61,770 bases of DNA from an uncultured Candidatus Saccharibacteria bacterium (GTDB lineage Bacteria; Patescibacteriota; Saccharimonadia; Saccharimonadales; AWTP1-31). A program made the position numbers and the translations under genes. This document shows positions 27,701 to 37,115 of this stretch, piece after piece. The stretch lies in contig CAZXTE010000005.1 of NCBI GenBank assembly GCA_964643545.1, positions 1 through 61,770 on the forward strand, written 5' to 3'. The notes under the pieces were generated by a model that saw only the letters and a program-made list of their open reading frames with translations, was not told where the DNA came from and made no database searches. Each line of letters opens with the position of its first letter. Position 1 is the first letter of the stretch.

Positions 27701-27934
27701 CAGACTCATTAACCGCTCGCGCATGTTGTTAGCCGCCTTATTGGTGAACGTTAGGCATAGAATGCTAGACGGGTCGGTATCAGTTTTTTGTAATATGTTT
27801 GCCACACGCGCGCTCAGCAGCTGCGTCTTACCTGTCCCGGGGCCGGCAATAACGAGGAGGGGCCCATCTATAGTATCTACAGCTTCACGTTGCCGCGCAT
27901 TTAACTGTTTGTATGTCGTCTCAAAGTTATTCAC
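24710..27934 (-). CDS. UvrD/PcrA-type SF1 helicase fused to a C-terminal RecB-family PD-(D/E)XK nuclease (AddA/RecB-like)
   Basis: 1074 aa. Helicase motifs: AGPGTGKTQLL, LIDEFQDTN, VGDDDQAIYKF, SYRS, TVHKAKGLEFDTVYL and YVASTRPKQSL. C-terminal nuclease motifs: GKLDRID...RIVDYKTG...TQLIFYALL. Confidence 0.85.
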   Translation of the reverse strand: MNNFETTYKQLNARQREAVDTIDGPLLVIAGPGTGKTQLLSARVANILQKTDTDPSSILCLTFTNKAANNMRERLMSLVGSSAQRVVVKTFHAFAAEIMNRYPEHFWNGANLVIAPDAVQLEVIQSILSKLPLDNPLALKFAGQFTATSAVQDGLKLAKEAGLTPEKLRSIINYNVAYIDMIEPALVDMLKAPLSAKALGQLQDAIETLLDQKTDTDTVPLVSLATVIKEGLALALENDTGSGKTKHTGKWKARWVQNQDGNKGMFDERKRNAWWLALSGVYEQYRAALHSRGYYDYADMLVEVISQMEQHADLRASVQEQFLYVLIDEFQDTNAAQFRLAHLTAEHFSAGGRPNLMAVGDDDQAIYKFNGAELSNMLSFQRTYPSTKVLVLEESYRSSQAILDTAQKVIEQAENRLVHTKKELTKNLRSVRPPREDGKIAHTIYPSRAQQLYSVAMTVKKEFKNSQKTIAILARGHDSLRQMAGQLLEQGVPVRYEQQSNILEDEAVKHILLISRCVQSIQDGDASATSHYLSQILRHPMWRINPDKLWEIAVESYEKSDWMSTLLHSQQPALRSIGEWFMQLAQLATAEPLPVFVEHVIGLRQIMEFASPFRTYYFNGHPTANNYIKTLSAVHLLRSLVEEFTNASNPTVGAFNEFIDVHIANHKIIADETPFVSNTRAVQLLTVHKAKGLEFDTVYLIDAIDTNWRPRLSGRKTPGNLPLRPPLDDADDYVRLLYVASTRPKQSLIITSYSHDEKGEDVLPSTVVTAAFNTVIEEPPVDPDHIVTMLENSFRWPRLENHAKENALLASRLEKFRLSATGLLQFLDLTHGGPEHFLERNLLRLPEAKSPHLAFGSAMHSALETAQRLTNNDGFDFELVKSSFTAALVRQHLPKSEYERYAQHGMSVLEDLFTKLSYSLPKDSLAEQSIHDVILGHARLTGKLDRIDPLGAKQLRIVDYKTGTPLPSLTTANQTLAVKAWRQRTQLIFYALLVRHSSRFAGITDVTGQMVYVEASTAKQLLRDYAPTNQEIERLEVLLQRVWERIMKLNMPKTDIYSLDMQGILQFEEDLLHK

Positions 27935-28038
27935 TCTACTATTGTACGGTGTTATTCGTATTCTAGGCCACCAAAATGTACTTGCTTGCCGTAAATGGCA
28001 GGTCTATGATGATATCAGAAATAATGGGAGGCAAAGAG

Positions 28039-28554
28039 ATGAGTAAACAACTCAATGGTTTAGAGACAAAGCTCGATAAGACGGTCAAAGATCTGCCGTT
28101 TCAGCTACCAGAAAAATCGCGTAAAACAATCGTTGAATACATGCCATGGATAACGCTATTTATTGGTGTTCTTTCACTGTGGGCAGCATACGCTTTGTGG
28201 AATTTGGCGCGGGTGGCGGATCGTTTCATCGATCTAAGTAACAGCCTTTCTAAGATATATGGTGGCGAAAATGTAGCACGAGGCAACCTTACCCTGGCGG
28301 TATGGCTCGGTATAGCCCTCCTTGCAATCGAGGGTGTGCTGTATCTACTGGCATTTCCTGCGCTAAAAGCAAAGAAAAAAGCAGGCTGGAATTTGCTCTT
28401 CTATGGTGCGCTGCTTAATCTTGTTCACGGTGTAGTCATGCTCTTTAATGACTACGGTGGTGTAGGTCGTTTGTTCAGTACGCTTCTAGGGAGCGCTGTT
28501 GGTTTATACTTCTTGTTTCAAATCCGGAGTCACTATACTGCAGCCAAAAAATAA
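28039..28554 (+). CDS. Hypothetical membrane protein
   Basis: The ORF is open from 27976. The ATG at 28039 is preferred because a GGGAGG Shine-Dalgarno sits at 28026-28031. Four hydrophobic helices are predicted by eye. Confidence 0.6.
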   Translation: MSKQLNGLETKLDKTVKDLPFQLPEKSRKTIVEYMPWITLFIGVLSLWAAYALWNLARVADRFIDLSNSLSKIYGGENVARGNLTLAVWLGIALLAIEGVLYLLAFPALKAKKKAGWNLLFYGALLNLVHGVVMLFNDYGGVGRLFSTLLGSAVGLYFLFQIRSHYTAAKK

Positions 28555-28642
28555 ACAGTACGTTGCATACAACGTTCAGTAGCAAGTTGTCTAAACTTTG
28601 CGCGAAAACACTGTTACTGCGAAGTGATAGAATAGAGTCATA

Positions 28643-30022
28643 ATGGCTTCAAGACAAAAAAACAAAAAAATTGTTACCCGAGGCCGAGTTATTGTGCTCT
28701 TCGCACTATGTACTTTCGGTTTGGTGCGGTTGGGGTTATCTTTTGCGGAAGGTCCTACAAGTATTCGGAGTGTCGATAGGCTTTCTGCAGTCAAGAACAC
28801 CACTGCTCCGCAACCTCTGTTTCGCGATGGCGGTTCATCTGTTCGTCTGGGCAACAAAATATTATGGCTATTTGGGGACACGTTGTTTACTGAAAAAAGT
28901 TTTGACGGCACGAATGGTCGCTCGAATACTGCAGCATGGGCCGATACTACACAGCCGTATCGCTTGTCGGAACCGCTGGATGCTAAGGGAGCACCGAGCC
29001 AGTTTATACCGTTTAATACCAAAGAGGCCGCATATAATGCGGCCAGTACTGATCCGAACGACCGGTATGTTATATGGCCAACTCAGGCAATTAATATTGA
29101 CGAAAATACGGCCTATATATACTATTTGCGTTTAAAATCTTCGCCAAATCCTACCACATTGGTAAAAAAAGGAATCGGAATCGCATCCGTCAGCACTAAT
29201 TCATCTGCTGCCCGTATAGTCAACGAATCGGTCTTTTCCGAGAACGATGCTCAGTTTCGGCCGACGGCAGTACGCGGTTCGTTTGTGTATTTGCAGGACT
29301 GCCGCCAGAATGGCTTTGTATCGGACTGCGCGGTCGCTCGCGTTCAAAAAAGCCAAATGGTCATTCGTTCGGCATATGATTTTTGGGACGGTAGTACATG
29401 GCAAAAAAATATTGGGCGTGCTGCGTATAGTATTCCTGGTTCTCCGAGCACCATGGCAATTACCTGGAACGCATATTCGCAAAAGTTCCTTATGCTCTCT
29501 GCTCCGGCGTTCAGCCGAGACCTTACCTTACGGACTGCCGATGAAATACAAGGCCCATGGAGTGCTCCAAAGCTCGCCTATACCGACACAACATCCAAAT
29601 TTCCATCGATTTTGTACTTTCACGATGAGCTGTCTAGCAATAGCGGTCAATCTATCGTTTTTACAGCTACACAAAATTATAATTCATTTAATGAGGGAGA
29701 CGGAATATTTGCCTTCCGCATAAATTTTGATAACAAATCGGTGGTTACGAACCCAAACGTTGGTGGTACTATAGGCGCAAAACCGACTACACCACAAAAT
29801 TCCAAGAATGCCCCAACAGCCAGCCTGAATGATTCCGAAGCCCTCGCCAAGAATACGGTAAGCCCAAACAATGCTGATAGCAGCTTGCCTGTTATGGGGT
29901 TGGAACCTCGCCGTCAATACCCTCCAGTTTATATGTTTCTTGGGGTGGCCTGCGTGGCTGGTGTAGCAGTTATTGGTCGTTTTGCCTATAGACGACGTAA
30001 GCTGAAAAAGAGCAACAACTAG
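28643..30022 (+). CDS. Secreted, C-terminally anchored protein, DUF4185-like (sialidase-fold) domain, tentative
   Basis: 459 aa with an N-terminal signal peptide. GNKILWLFGDTLF...GRSNTAAWA resembles the W.FGDT motif of DUF4185. There is a C-terminal TM helix plus a basic stop-transfer segment (GVACVAGVAVIGRFAYRRRKLKK). Confidence 0.5.
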   Translation: MASRQKNKKIVTRGRVIVLFALCTFGLVRLGLSFAEGPTSIRSVDRLSAVKNTTAPQPLFRDGGSSVRLGNKILWLFGDTLFTEKSFDGTNGRSNTAAWADTTQPYRLSEPLDAKGAPSQFIPFNTKEAAYNAASTDPNDRYVIWPTQAINIDENTAYIYYLRLKSSPNPTTLVKKGIGIASVSTNSSAARIVNESVFSENDAQFRPTAVRGSFVYLQDCRQNGFVSDCAVARVQKSQMVIRSAYDFWDGSTWQKNIGRAAYSIPGSPSTMAITWNAYSQKFLMLSAPAFSRDLTLRTADEIQGPWSAPKLAYTDTTSKFPSILYFHDELSSNSGQSIVFTATQNYNSFNEGDGIFAFRINFDNKSVVTNPNVGGTIGAKPTTPQNSKNAPTASLNDSEALAKNTVSPNNADSSLPVMGLEPRRQYPPVYMFLGVACVAGVAVIGRFAYRRRKLKKSNN

Positions 30023-30193
30023 TTCCCTATCGCTACTAAATGTGTAGTATGGTTTCCTGCCGTTAAGAAACAGTACGCTCTAACAAAGCAAGATAGCATT
30101 TCGTCTAGCCATTCCGCGAATTACTCATTTTTGTTGTTCGCTGGGTAAGGCCATGGTTCGCCATACGTAGCTAAATTTATGTATTATTGTGAT

Positions 30194-30571
30194 TTAATCG
30201 CGCGGAGTACTTGCTATATACGCTCCAGCAATGCACAGTCCTGCTCCTCCGATAAGAGATAACATTGCACCCTCTTGAGCGCTTTCGGCGCTCTTTAGGG
30301 CGCTGTCCGCTCTCAGGGTGAGTTCATCACCTTCCCTGCGCAACGCAACTTCTTGATCTGAAGGGTACTCACCAAGCTGTATTTGGTAATCAATTGCAGC
30401 TGCTCTGCTGTCATACGCTGCAGCTGCTTGTGCCGCATCATTCATATCTGACGTGTGTAGAATAGTACCTGCAGTTAGAGCGCCAAATCCTACCGCTAAG
30501 GTAAGACTGCCAACTGCTCGAACAATGCCATTCTTTAGATCTATATAACTGGGGTTATTGCCTCTTTCCAT
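30194..30571 (-). CDS. Hypothetical small membrane protein
   Basis: 125 aa. Two hydrophobic helices flank an Ala/Glu-rich soluble loop. It is divergent from 30661..32184. Confidence 0.5.
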   Translation of the reverse strand: MERGNNPSYIDLKNGIVRAVGSLTLAVGFGALTAGTILHTSDMNDAAQAAAAYDSRAAAIDYQIQLGEYPSDQEVALRREGDELTLRADSALKSAESAQEGAMLSLIGGAGLCIAGAYIASTPRD

Positions 30572-30660
30572 GAGCTTATATTAACATAAAAAGAAATTAT
30601 ATGCAATAGCGCTCCAATGGTATTGCTTTTATGACACAAAGATGCTATAATAGATAACTT

Positions 30661-32184
30661 ATGGATGGCAGTAACGAACAATTTACCGGTATTCCCGATA
30701 AATACTATACCAATGAAATGCGCCGAGAGGTCACAGCCCTTGCACAAGGTGACTTTGATGCTGAACTTGCTACAGCGCACGAATTTATAGATATTGGTGC
30801 AGCAGCAAAAATGATAGCGGCGGGGACAGCAGCAGGCCCAGAGACGTATACGCAAGTAATTCGCGACAATCAAGGCGTGAGAGACGGCCTTTGGAAGTTA
30901 TTGGAGCATGGCATCAATCAAGCACGAGAGGAGCGTGGTTATGATCGTCATGACCCCCGTGGTACTGTCGTTGCCTTGTGTTCTGCTGGTGTGCGGGTGG
31001 CTCGAGTGCTCGACATCGTAAAAATGAATGCTGTTGGCTCGGATACCTCCGCACACTTTATAAATGCTTTTACCACAACGCTTATTAGCGATGCAGCTAG
31101 AGGACTGATAGCAACCAATGCCGACAGCTTTGGACGCGAACTATCAGACTTTACACGCACAATCAGCGACCAAGCGTTCAGTAAAATAAGCTATGCACCA
31201 AACCTAGAGTCATGGTCGTGGGCAAAAGTACATGTTGCTGCAGAAGCGATAACCAACTGTCTTGTACTCCGCGATGTTCTTGCAGGGCTTCCCGAAATAA
31301 GCGCCCCTGATGTAGAAATGTTAAAAAGACAGAACGAAGCCATGGGTCAATCCGCACAGGCGCTTCGAACCTACGGGCCCAAACCTGCGGTTGGCCGCTT
31401 AGAAAGTACGGATATTCGTAGCTTGTTTATAGATAGAGAAGTTGTTAATGGTACCTTGCTGGGTCGAAACTCGGCAGCCGATATGACGGCGGTTCAGCTA
31501 TACCCTGGTGTTGATATTACGAGTAGTAATGCTCGGTTTGAGTTTGCGTCTTCATACCAGAATCGAGGTGGGCACTCGAAACGAATCGTTGTTGAAGACC
31601 TGGATCATAATGAAGCGCACCATACGGATGTGATCATCTATAAGAGTGCTCGCATTACGTTTCTAGGGGCGTATCTAGAAGATTTCGCAGACAGCTTAGG
31701 TCTTGGCGCACAAGCAACATTACTTACATCAATGCTCCTAGCACAGAATTTTGACTTAACTGTACCCGCCTATATTGTTGCTCTAGCAGATGAAGAGGCG
31801 ACACGCATCGAGTCGGAGCCTGGCCAGCCACAACTAGTCGACAAGTTGCGTAGGTTATTGTTGGCACGAACACGAGCACTGAATGTGCTTGGTCCAGACA
31901 TCAATCAAGCACTACAAGACGAAGACGGCCAGCAAACGGGTCAACACCGCGATATGGCAAAGCACGATGTTATCGATCATCTTCGTCGGCTCCCCCCTGG
32001 GTATAGCGCCAGCCCCAAAGCGCGCGCATTGTGTCTAGAAGAGTTCGGGCAAGAAATTCCTGAAGGTCACACCTATGTCCGACGACACAATCGTGGCAAC
32101 ATAGATGTCCCGCATAAAGGTCACAGAATGGTTAAAAACCCACGTGCTGCAAATATTGGTCGCGTTACCCTTTCCCACAATTAA
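30661..32184 (+). CDS. Hypothetical protein (507 aa, no recognisable domain)
   Basis: Long ORF with no TM segments and a His/Arg-rich C-terminus (HTYVRRHNRGNIDVPHKGHRMVKNPR). Confidence 0.7.
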   Translation: MDGSNEQFTGIPDKYYTNEMRREVTALAQGDFDAELATAHEFIDIGAAAKMIAAGTAAGPETYTQVIRDNQGVRDGLWKLLEHGINQAREERGYDRHDPRGTVVALCSAGVRVARVLDIVKMNAVGSDTSAHFINAFTTTLISDAARGLIATNADSFGRELSDFTRTISDQAFSKISYAPNLESWSWAKVHVAAEAITNCLVLRDVLAGLPEISAPDVEMLKRQNEAMGQSAQALRTYGPKPAVGRLESTDIRSLFIDREVVNGTLLGRNSAADMTAVQLYPGVDITSSNARFEFASSYQNRGGHSKRIVVEDLDHNEAHHTDVIIYKSARITFLGAYLEDFADSLGLGAQATLLTSMLLAQNFDLTVPAYIVALADEEATRIESEPGQPQLVDKLRRLLLARTRALNVLGPDINQALQDEDGQQTGQHRDMAKHDVIDHLRRLPPGYSASPKARALCLEEFGQEIPEGHTYVRRHNRGNIDVPHKGHRMVKNPRAANIGRVTLSHN

Positions 32185-32327
32185 GTAGTAATCTGCATCT
32201 GTTGGTAGCCTCTATAAAATGTCTCCAATTTGTTGCCTCATAAATTTGTATCAAGTCAAGATGCCCTCAGGTCTTGTTTTGCTGAGATGACTGTACCGAG
32301 ATAGTCTGATGAAATAAGCGTACGTAT

Positions 32328-32498
32328 TTACTCTTCTTGGGCGTTGGCGGCTTCAATCATAAGTTCGCTGACTTGACGTACTGCGTCTGGTGTTACTCCA
32401 GGCACTCTTTCAATGGTCGTGTATCCTTCTGGCGAACGAATGAACATAGTGTCACGTGGAACAAGTAAATTACCGTCAATTTCGATTCCGTCAGTCAT
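32328..32498 (-). CDS. Unannotated small ORF (56 aa) translationally coupled to the DUF1801 gene
   Basis: It is not in the ORF track because it is under 60 aa. My translation is MTDGIEIDGNLLVPRDTMFIRSPEGYTTIERVPGVTPDAVRQVSELMIEAANAQEE*. Its ATG (32498-32496) overlaps the upstream TGA within ATGACTGA. Confidence 0.4.
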   Translation of the reverse strand: MTDGIEIDGNLLVPRDTMFIRSPEGYTTIERVPGVTPDAVRQVSELMIEAANAQEE

Positions 32499-32889
32499 TT
32501 CGGCCAATTTTTTCTAGTACCCCTTTGCGCTTGACGATATTCTTGTAGTCCCACTGAATTTCCCTAGATTTCTTGAGCCATTTTGCAAGATCCTCTGCGC
32601 TTACCTGTTCGGGACTTGTGTAGCGGGCTTCAGCAGCTTTAAAGTTGCCTTCGTTTTTTAACCCGGGTTCGTTAAACGATTGACCGCTCCAGAACAATAG
32701 CCTGACGCAATCTTTTAGTACGTCATAACCTACAATCGGGTTGTCGTTTATAAACCACACGGGTGCACCGTGCCAGATTTTACTCGTAGCTTCTGGCAAG
32801 CCATCGGCAATCTCCTTAGCAAGCAATTCGCATATAGTTTTTCGGTCAGGACTTTGAGACTGATTATATTCTTTGATGGCGGTATTCAT
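32491..32889 (-). CDS. DUF1801 (YdhG-like) domain protein
   Basis: 132 aa. ...ICELLAKEI...PEATSKIWHGAPVWFINDNPIVGY...CVRLLFWSGQSF... matches the YdhG/DUF1801 pattern as I remember it. Confidence 0.55.
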   Translation of the reverse strand: MNTAIKEYNQSQSPDRKTICELLAKEIADGLPEATSKIWHGAPVWFINDNPIVGYDVLKDCVRLLFWSGQSFNEPGLKNEGNFKAAEARYTSPEQVSAEDLAKWLKKSREIQWDYKNIVKRKGVLEKIGRND

Positions 32890-33004
32890 AAGATCATTGT
32901 ACCAATAATAAGCAATGCCTTATCACATTTTGTGCATAACTCGGCTGTACGTCAGGTTATGAAACCGAGCGCAGTGAGTCTTGTGACCATAATCTCTAAC
33001 CGTC

Positions 33005-35353
33005 TTACTTTGTGCCTGATGATAATTCAAAAGCGAGCAGCACAGGATCAAACTGAGCGACATGATCAATAATTTTTGTAAAGTGCTGTTCTTGTAACTT
33101 AGGATCACGCGAATGCCAAATTCGAGAAGCGCCCTTCTGTCGAGCTTCGGGTTTAGTGAAGCCAAACACTGTCTGCCAGTTTTGATCGTCCTCTTTCATG
33201 ACATAGGTTGCATTGTCTCTAGTAGGGTTCTCGCCAATTGCAACTCGACGGCTAGCCCCGTTAGGCTGCTTGATAGCAAGTTCAAGTACGTAATAGGGGA
33301 AACTTTGCTTCAGCGAGCCTGGCAATGCACGATACAAATTCACCGTAACGCCTTCCATTTCACCGTAATAATCGTATAAAAGAACTAAGTTCTCTAATTT
33401 CCGCCACTGGATGCGTTCCGCTCGTTTGGTGCCCTTCCCAACATGTTCTATTAACTCATCCTTTAGTATCTCAAAACTAGTATCAGGGGGAAATAATCTA
33501 AAGTCGAGCTCAATTAAGGAGCCAAGTATCTCTTGTGCACGATCGTAGTTAACCAACGAGGTTGAGTCGTTGTTTGCGGCTGGTGTTTCATGGTCTGGAT
33601 CTAGACTATTCCAATATTCATCGAATGCACTCAACACTCGGGATACATACTCTGGTAAAACGCGCAGCATAGTACCAGAGAGTTGCAGTTCGTTAGCCAC
33701 ATACCAGCTTAGTCTTTCACGCAAACTACTCCCACTATCTGCAAGCAACGCTCCTTCGCCAAAACCACCAAGGCGTTCAGTCAACCAATCTTCTCGTTCT
33801 ACGTCCAATAGCAGTTCATCGAACACTTCGCGGGCATCACGATGGGTTAGATCATCTGCAATTTTATACATAGTGGATAGAAAGTCTCGGGCAAATTCTT
33901 TAGAAACTGGGTTGGTCAACTGTCGGCCCATCAGTATACCTGTGAACCCATTCACTAGATTTCGAGTGTGGTCAAGATTAGGATCTGCATGAGCTCTAAA
34001 GTTTGCGCGGGAAAGGCTATACTTGAAGCGAAGTGCGCCGAGCTCAGTTAATGTTTCAGTCATTGCCTCATTGCGCGTAGCTTCCTGTTGGCTTGCAGCG
34101 AGCATACCGATGTACTCATGAAGCACACGCCGACGGGCGGTGATAATATCAGATTGCTCAAGACCATCTGCGGGCTTTATTTTTGCGCGTGGCGGTTTGG
34201 CGTCTAATATAGCTCCGATTGCTGCATCGACGCGAGCTTCAAGTGCAAGCCGTTCAAGCAATTGTTCCTGGGTCTCATTCTCTGTTGCAAGCAGCACGGA
34301 GGTAAATTCTTTCTTCCGAACCAATGCTTCTCTGACTCTTTGTTCATAGAGTTCTATCTGGGTGCTTAACGCTTCTTCAAGGCCTCCCTCGTACTCAGCC
34401 GCACGGACAGCACCATCTTGATACAAGCTATTCAAAGACCTAAAACCAACCAGTTTTAAGCGTGTCGATTGACTGATCGCAAGCCGGTTCGGATTACTAT
34501 CATCCGGTGTTATTTTACTCATAACTGTGCCAGATGGGTCTCGTATCCAACTATCAATTGCTTCAAGGAGCACACTGGCAGCCTTGTGCGCACTCATGCT
34601 TTCTGGGTTACAAGTGGTTCCCAATGCAGTAAATGCCTGCTCCCACGGTTCATCCATGTCTATAAAACTAATAGCAATTATGTTGTCTTCTACAGGCCAC
34701 TCCTCACGGAGCTGCGTAAGCGCCGCCTGTACTTGCGGGTGTTTAAAATATGTAACGAGATCTGCAAACCGTCTGCCAAAGTACAGTTCTATGTCACGGC
34801 CGGTAGCTTTTCCTTGGCTAACTTCAACAGGGTGTTGTGTTATGTCAGGAACGGGTAACGCAGTAACATCTTCTGGTGGTTCGGGAAGCATTTCTGAGAC
34901 AGCACGCAATTGTTGTGCAAACTTTCTTATACGCCCACCTTGCTTAATGTGAAATTGGCCCAAATTCTCTGCACCTTCAGGTAAAGCGCCCAATAGTCTG
35001 CCGCCAGTACGAGAAACGAAGTTTCGCCCAAGAGGAAGTAGGTGGTCAACAGGAAAGATTGCGCCTATTTCCATAGAGTCCTTGCCAATAGTTAGCAGGC
35101 GTTGATTGAGCAGCTGATCATCTGTAAGCAATGAGTCGCCATAGCTAGATAAGCCTGATTCACGAAAAGTACGTAGTTGTTCTTGTGTGGCTGCGGCTTC
35201 AGCGCCAATGGTCATGCCATTCGTGGCAATTTGCTCAATAGAACCGGCCAGTTCATTAAGCTTGCCTGCCTCTACATGGGGCTGTCTCTCACCACTGTTT
35301 TCGGGTGCATCTGTCATGCGATAAATAATACAATGTAATCGCTCATAAATCAA
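33005..35353 (-). CDS. Hypothetical large cytoplasmic protein (782 aa)
   Basis: Long uninterrupted ORF, with an alternative start at M13 (35317). No TM segment and no motif I can assign. Confidence 0.7.
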   Translation of the reverse strand: MIYERLHCIIYRMTDAPENSGERQPHVEAGKLNELAGSIEQIATNGMTIGAEAAATQEQLRTFRESGLSSYGDSLLTDDQLLNQRLLTIGKDSMEIGAIFPVDHLLPLGRNFVSRTGGRLLGALPEGAENLGQFHIKQGGRIRKFAQQLRAVSEMLPEPPEDVTALPVPDITQHPVEVSQGKATGRDIELYFGRRFADLVTYFKHPQVQAALTQLREEWPVEDNIIAISFIDMDEPWEQAFTALGTTCNPESMSAHKAASVLLEAIDSWIRDPSGTVMSKITPDDSNPNRLAISQSTRLKLVGFRSLNSLYQDGAVRAAEYEGGLEEALSTQIELYEQRVREALVRKKEFTSVLLATENETQEQLLERLALEARVDAAIGAILDAKPPRAKIKPADGLEQSDIITARRRVLHEYIGMLAASQQEATRNEAMTETLTELGALRFKYSLSRANFRAHADPNLDHTRNLVNGFTGILMGRQLTNPVSKEFARDFLSTMYKIADDLTHRDAREVFDELLLDVEREDWLTERLGGFGEGALLADSGSSLRERLSWYVANELQLSGTMLRVLPEYVSRVLSAFDEYWNSLDPDHETPAANNDSTSLVNYDRAQEILGSLIELDFRLFPPDTSFEILKDELIEHVGKGTKRAERIQWRKLENLVLLYDYYGEMEGVTVNLYRALPGSLKQSFPYYVLELAIKQPNGASRRVAIGENPTRDNATYVMKEDDQNWQTVFGFTKPEARQKGASRIWHSRDPKLQEQHFTKIIDHVAQFDPVLLAFELSSGTK

Positions 35354-35392
35354 TAATATTGAAAGGCTTGGCTGAGCGTCGCGGTCTGAAGC

Positions 35393-36277
35393 CTAAAGGC
35401 TATTAGCCAGGTAGTCTTTAAGGTTTGCTAAAGCTTTCTCGCCGCGTCTAAAATTCGACTCGTAAGTGTCACCAGCCACTTGAGTAGAAAAAATGACTCT
35501 TGGGATCTCTTTGTAAAGATGATAGTTTTGCTCATTTGCAGACATTTCGAATATAGAAAAATTGCCATCTTGTTTCATCCATTCATAAAAACTTTGCTTA
35601 TCAAATGGGCTACCTCCACACGCTTGTACTAAAACAGCTCGCTCTTTCATGTCGCTAAATTCTTTTGGACCGAGTACCTCTATATTGGTTGGGCTACAGA
35701 GCACAACAATGTCAGATTCTTGAAGTAGTTTAGACTTATCAAGATATAATACGCCACGGTCTTCCCAGTCCGGCTTGCGGTTTGGGCCAAAGTAAAATGC
35801 ATTCATGCCATAAGCCAGGGCCAAGTTGGCTATGGCTTGACCGACATGCCCCAGGCCAATGATCCCGAGCGTCTTATTGGCTAACTCGTGAGCTTCGTGG
35901 TATTTCCATGCATACCCATGGCTTCCCCTGAAAAGCGATACCAGATGCATGAAATAAAATTCTGCCACAGCTTTTTTATCGGCCCATACAATGTTGCTGA
36001 ACTGTATTCCGCGCTTTTTTAGTTCTTCTAGGTCAATATTGTGCGTTGAGGTGCCGCAAAGTCCAATATATCTAAGATTCGGGCATGAATCTAAGTACTT
36101 TGCATCAATGATATCCCAGGGAGTAACAAGTGCGACATCTGCATCACCTGTTCTAGCAATGCGTTCAGCGACAGGACAACGCTCAGTCGGAAAATCGATA
36201 ATGTTACTCGCAAGAGCTTGCAGTTCTTCTTTCGTTTCTGGCAAAATACGATAATCCAGAACGGCTATTTTAGGCAT
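35393..36277 (-). CDS. D-isomer-specific 2-hydroxyacid dehydrogenase family protein
   Basis: The ORF extends to 36310. The likely start is MPKIAVLDY at 36277. NAD-binding motif GIIGLGHVGQAIANLA is present, and the C-terminal half has the family's layout. Confidence 0.75.
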   Translation of the reverse strand: MPKIAVLDYRILPETKEELQALASNIIDFPTERCPVAERIARTGDADVALVTPWDIIDAKYLDSCPNLRYIGLCGTSTHNIDLEELKKRGIQFSNIVWADKKAVAEFYFMHLVSLFRGSHGYAWKYHEAHELANKTLGIIGLGHVGQAIANLALAYGMNAFYFGPNRKPDWEDRGVLYLDKSKLLQESDIVVLCSPTNIEVLGPKEFSDMKERAVLVQACGGSPFDKQSFYEWMKQDGNFSIFEMSANEQNYHLYKEIPRVIFSTQVAGDTYESNFRRGEKALANLKDYLANSL

Positions 36278-36443
36278 GGATTCAGTATAACAAAAGCCCA
36301 GTAGCATCAATGCTTACTGGACTTTAGTTCAAGTATCTTGGCTGTATATATGGGCCTAGTCCCGAGTATGAATTCATAATATTACCGCACTACTCAAGCT
36401 GCTCAATCTAAAGCGTAGCTAAAATCCAACGAAAGTATCTAAA

Positions 36444-37115
36444 TTAACCACCTGTCGATAATTCCATTCCCATATTATATGGATCAATACCATCTGGTAC
36501 TGCCTGTAGAAAAAGCCGAGCGACTGATGATCCTGCCATCTTTACACTGCCGTCGTTGGAGTCTCCAATGACCTTAGTTTTGAATGTTAAGTACTTAACA
36601 CCGCTTTCGTGAAGTCTTATTGAAGAAACATTGCATTCGGTAAGGTAGGGTTTATGCTTTTGTTTTACGTACATAACGGCATCTTCGACGTTTTCTAATA
36701 TACAACACATTATTCTGAAGCTTCTTGAATGAAATTTAGCTTTATCTGCACCGAATGGCAAAAGAAGTTCGTAGAGTTCCAGACACATTTCCTTTTGGGT
36801 GACCACTTCACTGTTGTTTGGCACAACAAGCACATGCGCTCCGTCAGTGGTAGGTGTCATGAAGTTGCCAACTGCTTTCATAAGAGTCTCGGCCAGCTTA
36901 TAAGATTCACCACGATTTCGATAGTCATGTGCGACATAGTCGGCAATATCAGCTAGCTTAGATTCCGCCCCATAAAGAGTCCTGAGCTTAATTAAGAGGA
37001 GGGCAATTACTCTTCTATCAAAATTACCATCGTTAATACGACTCGTGATTCGACTAATATCTTTTATGGTATTTGGGCGCATATTTTCCATACGCCACAT
37101 TGGAATTAGGGACAT
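36444..37115 (-). CDS. Hypothetical protein (AT-rich islet)
   Basis: 223-aa ORF in an AT-rich region. No motif recognised. Confidence 0.55.
   Translation of the reverse strand: MSLIPMWRMENMRPNTIKDISRITSRINDGNFDRRVIALLLIKLRTLYGAESKLADIADYVAHDYRNRGESYKLAETLMKAVGNFMTPTTDGAHVLVVPNNSEVVTQKEMCLELYELLLPFGADKAKFHSRSFRIMCCILENVEDAVMYVKQKHKPYLTECNVSSIRLHESGVKYLTFKTKVIGDSNDGSVKMAGSSVARLFLQAVPDGIDPYNMGMELSTGG

Noticed and set aside
32256-32279. Weak hairpin CAAGA-(10 nt)-TCTTG followed by TTTT, about 70 nt after the 30661..32184 stop, considered as a terminator.
   Set aside because: The stem is only 5 bp with a large loop, which is too weak to call.
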